From Marinilabiliales bacterium (GTDB lineage: Bacteria; Bacteroidota; Bacteroidia; Bacteroidales; ML635J-15): a stretch of DNA of 64,000 nt. Below are positions 20,285-30,767 of the stretch, one piece after another; the first letter of the stretch is position 1, and every line of letters begins with the position of its first letter. Under the pieces are notes generated by a model, which was not told the origin of the DNA, ran no database searches, and saw only the letters and a list, made by a program, of their open reading frames with translations. The position numbers were made by a program, and so were the translations under genes. The stretch covers positions 3,264 to 67,263 of the forward strand of contig PKTB01000002.1 in assembly GCA_002869385.1 (NCBI GenBank). Reading direction: 5' to 3'.

Positions 20285-21568
20285 ATGTCACAAATTGTTT
20301 TTATCGTATTATTAGCAATTACAATAGGAGTCTTTGCTTATTCGGCATTCAGGATTTACCAGTTGTTTAAGTTAACAAAACCTGCATATCCTGTTAAAGA
20401 TTTTGGGAAGAGAATTAAAAGAACAGTAGTAAATGCATTTTTGCAGGAAAGAATTTTTCGCAATCCAATTGCAGGGTTTATGCATGCAATGGTGTTTTGG
20501 GGATTTTTAGCAATACTTATTGGTAGTATTGAAATGGTTGTTGATGGTATTGCAGGAACAGATCGTGCATTATCAGTTCTGGGAGTTTTTTACGACATTA
20601 TTATGGCTGTGGGTGATGTCTCTGCTTATATCATTGCATTATTTGTTGTGATTTTTATTATTCGACGAACTATACTTAATATTAAAAGATTACATGGTAA
20701 GGAATTAACTAAGAAGAACCATGCAGATGCTCTTTTAGCACTAACTATGATCTTTGCGTTAATGATAACTTTAGCCGGAATGAATATTTTCTATTTAGCA
20801 GAACATTCTAGTTTTGAGGGTATTTATCCGGTAAGTTCATTTATTGCTCCTTTATTCTCAGAAATGTCATCAGGTAGCATTGTGTTATTGCATGATATTA
20901 GCTGGTGGTCACATATTTTACTAATATTTGTATTTGCAAATATTCTACCTTACTCAAAACATTTCCACATTTTTATGTCAATTCCTAACGTTTTCTTTAG
21001 TAGGCTTACTCCACTAGGAAAAATGACTAATATGGATAGCATTACCAAAGAGGTTAAACTAATGATGGACCCTGAAACTGCTTTTGCTGCAGCTCCCGAA
21101 GGAGATGAGGCTCCGGCACGCTTTGGTATACTGGATGCTGAGGATATAACATGGAAAAATTATATCGATTCTCTAGCATGTACACAATGTGGTAGATGTA
21201 CTTCTGTTTGTCCTGCAAATATTACTGGTAAAGAGTTATCTCCAAGAAAGATGATTATCGATATCAGAAGAAGAATGAAAGCTAAAGGACCGCATCTTGT
21301 AAAAGACAACTCATATTCTGACGATATTACTCTTATAAGAGGATTGATTAGCGAGGAAGAAATTTGGGCATGTACAACATGTAATGCTTGTGCAAAAGAA
21401 TGTCCGTTAAATATAGATCATCCAACATTTATTCTTGACCTAAGAAGGTATTTGGTTATGGAAGAATCTGCTGCACCGGCTGAATTAAATGCTATTTTCT
21501 CAAACATTGAGAACAACGGAGCACCATGGCAGTATTCAAATGAGGACAGATTAAATTGGACAGAATAA
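20285..21568 (+). CDS. Membrane-anchored 4Fe-4S dicluster protein (N-terminal half of an EtfD-like oxidoreductase)
   Basis: About 5 TM helices, then CTQCGRCTSVCP and CTTCNACAKECP ferredoxin-type motifs. Confidence 0.75.
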   Translation: MSQIVFIVLLAITIGVFAYSAFRIYQLFKLTKPAYPVKDFGKRIKRTVVNAFLQERIFRNPIAGFMHAMVFWGFLAILIGSIEMVVDGIAGTDRALSVLGVFYDIIMAVGDVSAYIIALFVVIFIIRRTILNIKRLHGKELTKKNHADALLALTMIFALMITLAGMNIFYLAEHSSFEGIYPVSSFIAPLFSEMSSGSIVLLHDISWWSHILLIFVFANILPYSKHFHIFMSIPNVFFSRLTPLGKMTNMDSITKEVKLMMDPETAFAAAPEGDEAPARFGILDAEDITWKNYIDSLACTQCGRCTSVCPANITGKELSPRKMIIDIRRRMKAKGPHLVKDNSYSDDITLIRGLISEEEIWACTTCNACAKECPLNIDHPTFILDLRRYLVMEESAAPAELNAIFSNIENNGAPWQYSNEDRLNWTE

Positions 21569-21625
21569 AAAAAACAAAACTCAAATTACAAAATCCAATA
21601 AGCAAACTGAGAGTATAAATATAAG

Positions 21626-21688
21626 TTTGAGTTTAGGATTTAGAGATTTGAATTTATAATTTGAAAATTGATTATTGAAATTTAATAT
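21626..21688. repeat. Degenerate AT-rich heptad tract (9 units, each starting TT)
   Basis: Read directly: TTTGAGT TTAGGAT TTAGAGA TTTGAAT TTATAAT TTGAAAA TTGATTA TTGAAAT TTAATAT, ending 3 nt before the ATG at 21692. Confidence 0.55.
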
Positions 21689-21691
21689 ATT

Positions 21692-22492
21692 ATGAGTGAA
21701 GCATTAAAATCAAAGATTGAAGTACCTGTAATGTCAGATGTTTTTGCTGCAGGTAAAAAACCGGAATATTTATTTTGGGTAGGATGTGCAGGTGCTTTTG
21801 ATAATAGATATATGAAAGTTGCTAAAGCTTTTGCAACAATTTTAAATCATCTTGGAACTGATTATGCTGTATTAGGTAAAGAGGAGTCTTGTACAGGTGA
21901 CCCAGCTCGCCGTGCAGGAAATGAGATGCTTTATCAAATGCAGGCAATGACAAATATTGAATTATTTAAAATGTATGAAATCAAAAAGATAATTACTATT
22001 TGTACTCACTGTTATAATATACTTAAAAATGAATATCCAGACTTAGGAGCTGAATTTGAAGTTGTAAATTATCTTGATTTTATTGTACAGATGATAAAAG
22101 AAGGGAAATTAAAAACAGATAATTCTAAAACTAAAGGTATAAAAGTTACTTATCATGATCCATGTTATCTTGGACGTGCAAATGATATTTACGAATCGCC
22201 TCGTTTTATTATTCAATCATTAGGCTTAGAGTTTGCTGAAATGAAGCGCAATAAGAGCTTTGCTCTCTGCTGTGGTGCAGGTGGGGCTCAGATGTTTAAA
22301 GATGCTGAAAAAGGAGATAAAGAAATCTTTATTGAAAGAACAGAAGAAGCTCTTGAAACAAATCCCGAAGTTATTGCAACAGCCTGTCCATTTTGTATGA
22401 CAATGATGACAGATGGATTAAAGTACAAGAATAAGGAAGAAGAAATAAAGAACTTAGATATTGCAGAAATTATCGCTGAAGCTCTGATTTAA
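21692..22492 (+). CDS. (Fe-S)-binding protein with two CCG cysteine-rich domains (heterodisulfide-reductase-like; C-terminal half of an EtfD-like oxidoreductase)
   Basis: Motifs FWVGCAGAFD, YHDPCYLGR, FALCCGAGG and ATACPFC. Confidence 0.8.
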   Translation: MSEALKSKIEVPVMSDVFAAGKKPEYLFWVGCAGAFDNRYMKVAKAFATILNHLGTDYAVLGKEESCTGDPARRAGNEMLYQMQAMTNIELFKMYEIKKIITICTHCYNILKNEYPDLGAEFEVVNYLDFIVQMIKEGKLKTDNSKTKGIKVTYHDPCYLGRANDIYESPRFIIQSLGLEFAEMKRNKSFALCCGAGGAQMFKDAEKGDKEIFIERTEEALETNPEVIATACPFCMTMMTDGLKYKNKEEEIKNLDIAEIIAEALI

Positions 22493-22508
22493 TCAGAGCT
22501 TTTTTTTG
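22481..22508 (+). terminator. Rho-independent terminator overlapping the stop codon of the CCG-domain gene
   Basis: GCTCTGATT / AATCAGAGC inverted repeat followed by TTTTTTTT. Confidence 0.65.
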
Positions 22509-22566
22509 CCCAAATTTTCTAAAAAAAGTTGTTGAATACCATATTTTTTTGTTCAAAAAAAAATCC

Positions 22567-22574
22567 TAATTTTG
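22567..22574 (+). promoter_or_regulatory. Candidate -7 promoter box TAATTTTG upstream of crt
   Basis: Exact TAnnTTTG match, 31 nt before the ATG at 22605. Confidence 0.4.
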
Positions 22575-22604
22575 TTAGGTAAACAACCCAACAAACAAAC
22601 AAAT

Positions 22605-23375
22605 ATGGACTACACAACTCTAAGGTTTGGCATTTCAGAAAATATTGCCGAAATTGTTATAGACAGACCTAAAGCATTAAATGCATTAAATTCAACAGTT
22701 TTCAAAGAATTAAACAGTGTTCTTGATCAGATAGAAGCAAATTCTGAAATCAGAGCTGTTATTGTAACAGGTGAAGGAAAAGCTTTTGTCGCCGGAGCTG
22801 ATATTGCTCAAATGTCAGATATGGAAACTGATGAAGCAAAAATTTTCGCTCAAACAGGTCATGATACTTTTAATCGTATCTCTCATTTAAAGATGCCTGT
22901 TATTGCTGCAATTAATGGCTTTGCATTAGGTGGAGGATGTGAATTAGCTATGGCCTGTGATATAAGAATTGCAAATAATTATGCAAAATTTGGTCAACCG
23001 GAAGTTAATTTAGGATTAATTCCAGGGTATTGTGGAACTCAGAGACTATCACGTTTAATAGGATTATCAAATGCTATGCATTTATTGGTTACTGCTGATA
23101 TGATTGATGCAAATGATGCTTATAGATTAGGTCTTGTTCAAAAGGTGTGCGATGCTGAAGAACTGATGAATGAAGCAAGAAAAATGGCATCAAAAATAGC
23201 ATCAAAAGGGAAGCTTTCTGTTGAAAAAGTTAAAGAAGTTACTCTAAAAGGGTTTTACATGAATTTTGATGATGCTTCTGATCTTGAAGTAAATGAATTT
23301 GCTAATCTTTTTGGTAAACCTGAATCAAAAGAAGGTATGACTGCTTTTCTTGAGAAAAGAAAACCTGAATGGTAA
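22605..23375 (+). CDS. crt: Short-chain enoyl-CoA hydratase (crotonase)
   Basis: Colinear with clostridial Crt: RPKALNALN, GEGKAFVAGADI, INGFALGGGCELAMACDIRIA and FGQPEVNLGLIPGYCGTQRL. I start it at the ATG at 22605 rather than the listed TTG at 22572. Confidence 0.9.
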   Translation: MDYTTLRFGISENIAEIVIDRPKALNALNSTVFKELNSVLDQIEANSEIRAVIVTGEGKAFVAGADIAQMSDMETDEAKIFAQTGHDTFNRISHLKMPVIAAINGFALGGGCELAMACDIRIANNYAKFGQPEVNLGLIPGYCGTQRLSRLIGLSNAMHLLVTADMIDANDAYRLGLVQKVCDAEELMNEARKMASKIASKGKLSVEKVKEVTLKGFYMNFDDASDLEVNEFANLFGKPESKEGMTAFLEKRKPEW

Positions 23376-23416
23376 AATCTAATAAAAACAAATAATAACA
23401 AACTAAACTTAGAAGT

Positions 23417-24754
23417 ATTAATTACGACGAAAGATTTGAAAATGTAACAGTATTAGGAGCTGCCGGAAAAATGGGTAGCGGAATTCTGTTGCTGACGTCA
23501 ATGGAGATGTTTGACATTTCTATGAAACCCGAAAATCGGGATAAACAGTACACGCTTTATGCTTTGGATATTTCTCAAAAAGCACTTACAGGTTTAATGA
23601 AATATATCCGATTGCAATTGGTTAAAGCTGCAGAGAAGAAACTTAATATTTTACGTAATGTTTATGCAGACAGAGCTGACCTAATTGACAATGCTGATAT
23701 TATTAACGAATATGTTTGGGATGTAATGGGAATTATTCGCCCTGTAACAACTTTAGAATCTGCTTATGAGTCTAAAATAGTTTTTGAGGCTGCAAGTGAA
23801 AATCCTGAGTTAAAAGTGAAAATGTTCTCACAGATTAATGAGAATTCTAAAGTTGAGCCATGGTTCTTTACTAATACATCATCAATTCCGATAGGCTATC
23901 TAAATAAAGAAGCAAAACTTGACGGTCGTGTATTAGGTGTTCACTTTTATAACCCACCAGCAGTACAAAAGCTAGTTGAAGTTATTAAGTGCGATGAGTC
24001 AAAACCTGAATTGTCTTAGATAGTAACTCAGTATATTAAAAATATGCGTAAAATTGAAGTTCCTGCTTATGATGTAGCTGGATTTATTGGAAACGGACAC
24101 TTTATGCGTGATGCATTGTTTGGAATCAATATGCTTGAAAGACTCAAGTCTGAAATGAGCTTTGCTGAAGCAGCTTATTGTGTAAATAAGGTTACTCAGG
24201 ATTTTATGATTAGACCAATGGGTATTTTCCAACTAATTGATTATGTTGGAATTGATGTCTGTCAGTTCATTATGAAAGTTATGAATCCTTACGTTTCTGA
24301 TGAAACAATACATAGTCCTTTGCTTGACTCTTTAATGGAAATTCAAGTAAAAGGTGGTCAAAATCATTATGGGTCTCAAAAAGACGGATTTATAAAATAT
24401 GAAAAAGGAAGAATTGCAGCATATTGGGACATGGATAAAAAAGCATATGTTTCAGTAGATGAAATTGCTGAAAAATGTGATGCATACCTTGGTGAGTTAC
24501 CAAAAGGACACACTCCATGGAAAGCGATTGTAAGAAACAAAGCTAAGAATGATATTCTTCAGGCATATTTTAATGCGATGAAAGAAACAAATAATAATGG
24601 AAGTAAACTTGCTCTCGAGTATACTAAAAAATCCAAAGATATCGGACAGGGACTAGTTGACAATAAAGTTGCATATACAGCTGATGATGTAAATACAGTT
24701 CTACTGACAGGATTTTTCCATGCTTATGGTCCAATTAACGATTTTATTAATTAA
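23417..24754 (+). pseudogene. 3-hydroxyacyl-CoA dehydrogenase family protein; in-frame TAG at 24017..24019 and no ATG/GTG/TTG ahead of the Rossmann motif
   Basis: ORFs 23471..24019 and 24044..24754 share a frame (…KCDESKPELS*IVTQYIKNMRKIEVPAYDVAGFIGNGHF…). The frame is open from 23399 and encodes NVTVLGAAGKMGSGI, so the NAD-binding loop starts before the first ATG. ATT at 23417 is the only plausible start. Confidence 0.8.
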
Positions 24755-24772
24755 ACATCAGGAGGAAAAATT

Positions 24773-26011
24773 ATGAAACTCAGAAGAAAAGTATATATGG
24801 TTGCCGGTTATAATACAATATCAATGGGATCCGGTAGAAAAGAATTTCATCCTAAAAAACCTCGTCCGGGATTAGAGGATTACCTTAAAGAAGCTGGTCA
24901 GGGTGTGTTAAAGCAAATTGGCGGAGCTAAAAATGTTGACGAATGTGTTGTCGGAAACTTTATCGCAGCACGCTATAATCGTCAGGGGAATATGGCAGGA
25001 TTCTTCCCATTTATTGATGAAGGTCTAAGATATAAACCCGCAATTCGTACAGAAGGAGCTTGTGCTTCTGGAGCTTTAGCTCTTGCAGCAGGTATTAAAT
25101 CTGTTCTAGCTGAAACTGCCGAGGTTGTTTTGACTTTAGGTACCGAAGTGCAGAATAGTGTAAAAGCTGTTTATGGTGCAGATATCCTTGCAGCTGCAGG
25201 TTGGGCTAACGAACGTAAAGATGGTCATGTTCATTTCTTCCCAGGAAAATTTAGTGACAGAGCAGTAGCATATTACGAAAAATTTGGCTATGATAAAACT
25301 CGTCATGGTATGGCAACATGGTATAAGAATGCTGTTGAGAACGCAAGATTATGCCCGACTGCTCAAGAATATCATAATACAACTAAAGATCTAATGGCAG
25401 TAGGTATGACTAAGCCAAATGGTCGTAGTTTTGTTGATAATCTTAATGTTTTTGATTGCTCAAAAGTTTCTGACGGTTGTTCAGGTATTGCAATTATGTC
25501 TGAAGAAGGTCTAAAAAGATGTGGAATTGACGTTAAAGATGCTGTTGAAGTTATTGGACTTGGAATGGCGGAAAATGATTTGACTGCTGCACCAGAAGAT
25601 TTAACAAGACTAGATACTACTGCTGTCGCAGTTAAGAAAGCGTTTGAAAGTGCCGGAGTAACAAAAGAAGATATTGCAACTGTTGAATGTCACGACTGTT
25701 TCTCAATTGCCGGAATTATGGCTATTGAGGCAATTGGCTTGGCAGAGCATGGTAAAGGACCTGAGTTTGTTAGCGAAGGGCATTCTTCTCGTACAGGTAA
25801 AGTCCCATTTAATACAACAGGTGGATTGTCAGGTTGGGGCCACCCAACAGGTGCAACCGGTGTTCACCAGGCAGTGACCATTTGGGAACAATTAACAGGA
25901 AAAGCAGGTGAAGCTCAGATTGAAATTCCTGCAGACAGACCTTACGGTTTAACAATAAATATGGGTGGTGACGATAAAACACTCGTTTCTATTGTTTATA
26001 AGAAAAACTAA
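24773..26011 (+). CDS. Thiolase-family protein (acetyl-CoA C-acyltransferase-like)
   Basis: Active-site context RTEGACASGALAL. C-terminal GGLSGWGHPTGATGV and NMGG. Preceded by AGGAGG at 24760-24765. Confidence 0.8.
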   Translation: MKLRRKVYMVAGYNTISMGSGRKEFHPKKPRPGLEDYLKEAGQGVLKQIGGAKNVDECVVGNFIAARYNRQGNMAGFFPFIDEGLRYKPAIRTEGACASGALALAAGIKSVLAETAEVVLTLGTEVQNSVKAVYGADILAAAGWANERKDGHVHFFPGKFSDRAVAYYEKFGYDKTRHGMATWYKNAVENARLCPTAQEYHNTTKDLMAVGMTKPNGRSFVDNLNVFDCSKVSDGCSGIAIMSEEGLKRCGIDVKDAVEVIGLGMAENDLTAAPEDLTRLDTTAVAVKKAFESAGVTKEDIATVECHDCFSIAGIMAIEAIGLAEHGKGPEFVSEGHSSRTGKVPFNTTGGLSGWGHPTGATGVHQAVTIWEQLTGKAGEAQIEIPADRPYGLTINMGGDDKTLVSIVYKKN

Positions 26012-26025
26012 GAATTCTAGCATAT

Positions 26026-26060
26026 AAAAAAAGTGCCTTAACAAAGGCACTTTTTTTTTG
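26026..26060. terminator. Bidirectional rho-independent terminator between convergent genes
   Basis: An A-run, a GTGCCTT/AAGGCAC stem (26033-26039 / 26044-26050), then a 9-nt T-run. Confidence 0.8.
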
Positions 26061-26075
26061 TCTTTTTATTAAAGA

Positions 26076-27479
26076 TTATGGACAAACATTAACTCCAAGA
26101 GATTGACTAGGTCCATCACCGCAAGCATTTGATGGAGTAACAACAACGTCTCCGTCAAGACTACCCGGAGTAACATTTACACTATTTGTTCCCTGTCCGG
26201 AATTAATTGTCCAACCTGCAGGAACTTGCCATGTATAAGTATACCCTTCATCAGTTACAGAATAATCGTAATCTGCGGTTCCACTTGAACTAACACTAAT
26301 GTTATCGAACCATACCTAGAAAGTATTGGAGTTATTATATTGGCAAAGTGCCTCAAGATAAAATAATATATTTGATTTGTCGACAATGGCAGATATATCA
26401 AATGTTACAACTACATGTGCACAGCTTCTTGATTCCGTAAATTGAAAACCTTTACCATTCATACCTGAGTCATAAGTAACATCAATGCCATCAACTTCTA
26501 CGCTTACGACATTGTGCTCGTAGCCACCATCTGCCCACATATAAAATCTAATCCAATCATCTGTTTGCGAAGCAAAGTAAGAATGGGTAACATCAAATTC
26601 AATTGTAACTTCATCATTACCGGAACAATCTTGCTCTGGTAGCCTTAAGAAATTCACCCAGTAATTATTCCAGTTTCCTGAGTATCCTACCCAACCTCCC
26701 GGACAGCCACCTGATGATGCATAATCAATTGGAGTATTCCAATCTGGTGCAAACCAAGAAGTCGTTGGAGCTGAAGAACCGTGGACTAAAACATCTGAAT
26801 TAAATTCTTGTAATGTACTTATTGGAGTTGAAGGACAAACTTCTGTATCTCCAGATATAGCGCTTGGTTGATCAGGTAGTGGTAATATTGTAAGTGTAGC
26901 AGCATCACTAACTACAGGAGGAGGTGTGCTTCCGGTAACAACACAGCGATATAAATAACCATCATTACCAGCAACTACTCCAGTTAAAGTTAAACTAGCT
27001 GTAGTGTAATTACTATATGTAGGATTTGATCCAGCTGCCTCAATATCCTCCCAATTTGAACCTGTATTAACCTGCCATTGGAATGTTACTCCTCCTGTTG
27101 AACTAACTGAAAATGTCGCATTATCTCCGTCGCAAGCAGATTCATTTGTAGGTTGAGTATCGATAGTTATGCTCGAAGAACCCGAACTACCACAAAGACT
27201 TAACCATAATACTCCATCATAGTAATTAATACAATTCTCACTTAAATTGTATATAATTAGACCAGTAGCAGGTGAAGTAATTGCATCACGTTGAGCCTGT
27301 GTAAGTCGTGGAGGAAGAAACCAGGACTCAGAAGAGTTTAACTCCAGAAGTGCAGACTCGTCAGGTGTGTTTGTGTTAATTCCTACATTCTGTGAAAATG
27401 ATTCTTCTGCTCCTAATCCTAAGATTAATAGTAAGCCAAAAATTAAGGTAATTACCTTGAAATAATACTTCTTATTCAT
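26076..27479 (-). pseudogene. Secreted Ig-like / PKD-like repeat surface protein; in-frame TAG at complement 26316..26318
   Basis: Signal peptide. N-terminal NTPDESALLELNSS..FLPPRLTQAQRDAITSPATGLIIYN module common in Bacteroidota surface proteins. Across the TAG it reads NNSNTF*VWFDNISVSSSG...YTWQVPAGWTINSGQGTNSVNVTPG...NACGDGPS, ending at a TAA at complement 26076..26078. Confidence 0.65.
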
Positions 27480-27599
27480 GTTGATAGGTTGTGAAATTTA
27501 GCTTAAAAATACAAAAAATATCTTATTTATCTGCATTTTATATAATATTTAAATTCTATTCATTTATTATTATCTTAGCACAATAATTATGAAATTAAG

Positions 27600-29657
27600 A
27601 TGAAAATACTTGTAATAATAAGTTTTGTTTTATTGGTTGTAAGTGGGACTGCTCAAAATAATAAGGAGTTAAAATCCACGGTTGATTCTGCTACTTCAAT
27701 ATCTGCGATTAATCCAGATTCTGCTTTATATTTGTTAAATAGCGTAGAGAAGGATATTATTGCATATAAAGATTATGAATTATTGGCAGAATTATATAGG
27801 CGCCAGGGTAATTGTTTTTATTTCAAATCTGAGTATATTAACGCTAAAGATTATTATAATAAATCACTTGATATTAGACAATCAGGTTATATGTCTCAAA
27901 CTGATTCGACGAATCAGAGTGAAATAGGGAATCTTTTCTACAACCTCGCAATTGTTAATCAATATTTGGGAAATTATCCCGAAGCTATTGAAAATTCAAA
28001 AAAGCTTGAAGTTATTTATAAAAATATTAAAGACTATGCAAATTTGGCATTTAGGTGTTATAATTATACTGCGAAGCTATATTATTATCTAGGTGATTAT
28101 GACTCTGCAATGGAATATAGCTTTAAGGAGGTGGAATTGTCAACAGAAAAAAAGGATACTTTAAGCTTATCCTATGCATACGATTTTCAAGCAATTCTTT
28201 TTCAGGCGATGCAAGATTTTGATCACGCATTGGACCTACAGTTTGAATCATTATAACTGCGGAAAGTGATTGGCGATTCTTTGTTAATCTCATATTCATA
28301 TAATAATATTGGTTCAACTTTACTTGAAAAAAAGGAGTTTCAAGAAGCTTTAGAGTACTTTGAAATTTCACTTGATATTAAACTTAGAAATTCATTTACT
28401 GGTGTAGCTGCCACTTATAATAATATGGGTTTATCATATCAGGAAATGGACGATTATCCCAAAAGTAGAGATTTTTATAAAGCTTCTTATGATTATTGTC
28501 ATCAAAATAAGGATGATTATGGGATTGTTACCTCTGCCATTAATTTAGGAGTTATAAACCATTTGATGAATAATTCTGCAAAAGCAGAGAAGTATTTTTT
28601 GGAAGCTTATAATATTGCATTTAAAAATGGATACAAGAAACTAATTGTTGAAGCAACAGAATTTGCACATGATTTCTTTTATGACATGGGAAGATATGAG
28701 CAAGCATATGATATGCTTAAACAATATGTTATCTACAGTGATTCTATTCAAAATGATGATGTTATTAAAGAAATTGCAAGATTAGAAGCTGAATTCGAAT
28801 ATAATCAGAAACAAATTTCGGACTCAATAATGTATCATCAGCAAAAAATCCATGATGAAGCATTACATGAGGAAGAGCTTAAAAGAAAAGAACAATTAAT
28901 TTGGATACTAGCTGTTACTTTTGCATTTATAGTATTTATTGCCTTTGCATTATTTAAAGCTTATCAGCTTAGAAGAAAAAATCGTGAAAATCAGTTAAAA
29001 CAACAGGCTTTAGAGATAGAAAAGAACTTGTTGCGTTCACAAATGAATCCTCATTTTATTTTTAATGCAATGAACTCTATACAAAGTTTTATAGCAGAAA
29101 ATGATTCATACTCAGCACTAAGATACCTTTCAAAATTTGCGAAGCTTATTCGATTAATTCTTGAGAATTCAATGCATCAAAATATTCAATTGCAGGATGA
29201 ATTACAATCTTTAGAGTTGTATATGGAACTAGAAAAAGTCAGGTTTAATAATAAATTTGATTTTAAGATTAATATTGACGATAAAATAGAATCAGATATT
29301 ATTGAAGTTCCTCCTATGTTAATTCAGCCATTTGTTGAAAATGCAATTATTCATGGAGTAATGCCATTAGAAAAAGAAGGTTTAATTGAAATCAATATGA
29401 GAAAAATTGATGGAGAGAACCTGATTTTATGTGAGGTTACAGACAACGGAATTGGTAGAGAAGCATCGGCGGCATTAAAAAAGTCACATGGGAAGAAGCA
29501 TAAGTCTGTTGGTATGCAGGTTAGCCGTCAAAGATTAGAATCATTAAATAAGCAAACACAGAAGGAAATGAGTTATCAGGTTGAAGATATAGTTTGTGAT
29601 GGCAAAGTATGTGGTACCAAAGTCAGTATAATAATTCCATTTATATCAGAATTCTAA
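27600..29657 (+). pseudogene. TPR-repeat sensor histidine kinase (LytS/His_kinase type); in-frame TAA at 28254..28256
   Basis: ORFs 27600..28256 and 28266..29657 share a frame (ALDLQFESL*LRKVIGDSLL). TPR repeats are followed by a TM helix, LRSQMNPHFIFNAMNSIQ (His_kinase) and an ATPase domain. Confidence 0.8.
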
Positions 29658-29664
29658 ATATACT

Positions 29665-30600
29665 ATGAATAGATTAACCAACTTATTAGGGGTAAAATAC
29701 CCGATAATTCAAGGTGGCATGATTTGGTGTAGTGGATGGAAGCTTGCCTCAGCAGTTAGCAATGCTGGAGGATTAGGTCTTATAGGTTCTGGCTCAATGA
29801 CTCCTGATATTCTCTGTGAACATATTGATAAATGTTTTAGTGCTACCAATAAACCCTTTGGAGTTAATATCCCATTGATTTTTAGTCATGCTGAAGAGTT
29901 TATAGAGATTGTTAGGAAGAAAAAGGTTCATATAGTAGTGAGTTCTGCAGGTAATCCGGCAAAATATACTCAATTACTTCAATCCGATGGTATTAAAGTA
30001 TTACATGTGATTGCAAATTTAAAATCAGCATTGAAATGTGAATCTGTTGGAGTAGATGCGATTGTGGCAGAAGGTGTTGAAGCTGGTGGTCATAATGGTC
30101 GCGAAGAAACGACAAGTATGGTTTTAACTCCAATGATAGTAGATTCAGTTAAAATCCCTGTTGTAACTGCCGGAGGAGTATATGATGGGAAGTCAATGCA
30201 TGCAGCCTTTAGTTTGGGAGCTTCTGGTGTTCAAATAGGCAGTCGTTTTGCCATTAGTTCCGAGTCATCAGCAAACCAATTATTTAAGGAAGAAGTAATT
30301 AAATCAGGAGATGGAGATACACAATTAGCACTAAAAAAGCTAATTGCAGTGAGATTGCTAAAGAATGAATTTTATAAACAGATAAAGGATAGAGAAGATT
30401 CTGGAGCATCCGCAGATGAACTTCTGAATCTTTTGGGATAAGGGAGATCAAAAATCGGAATGTTTGATGGTGAGATTGATAAAGGAGAGTTAGAGATTGG
30501 TCAAGTTGCTGCAAGAATAAATAAAGTTCAAACGGTATCTGAAATTTTTGATGAAATTATCAGAGAATTTAATCAGATACATATAAATAAGTTAGTCTGA
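29665..30600 (+). pseudogene. Nitronate monooxygenase / FabK-like FMN oxidoreductase; in-frame TAA at 30439..30441
   Basis: YPIIQGGM and AEGVEAGGH motifs. Across the stop it reads ELLNLLG*GRSKIGMFDGEIDKGELEIGQVAARI, the family-typical C-terminus, ending at a TGA at 30598..30600. Confidence 0.8.
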
Positions 30601-30767
30601 CTTAATCATATCTGAAACAACAAGGCTCTAGTTTTAAAATATTGATAATGAGTTATTTAAACTTCTGCTTAAAAACAAGTCTTATCTAAAAAAAAACTAT
30701 CTAAATCATTGTTATTTTGCTTAATTAATCTTATTTTAGCAACTAAATTTTTAAACCATAAATTGCT

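Noticed and set aside
21569-21640. AAACTCAAA…TTTGAGTTT inverted repeat after the 4Fe-4S gene as a rho-independent terminator
   Set aside because: The 9-bp AT-rich stem has a loop of about 40 nt and no clean T-tract. It is too weak to call.
20285-22492. The two Fe-S oxidoreductase ORFs as one gene broken by a single internal stop, like the other 17 cases
   Set aside because: They are in the same frame, but the 123-nt gap contains multiple stops in that frame (TAA, TAA, TGA, TAG, TGA, TAA). I treat them as two genes.
22572-22604. N-terminal extensions from alternative TTG starts (crt from 22572; ligase paralog 1 from 35657)
   Set aside because: Downstream ATGs (22605 and 35723) give family-typical N-termini and sit at a sensible distance from the candidate -7 boxes.
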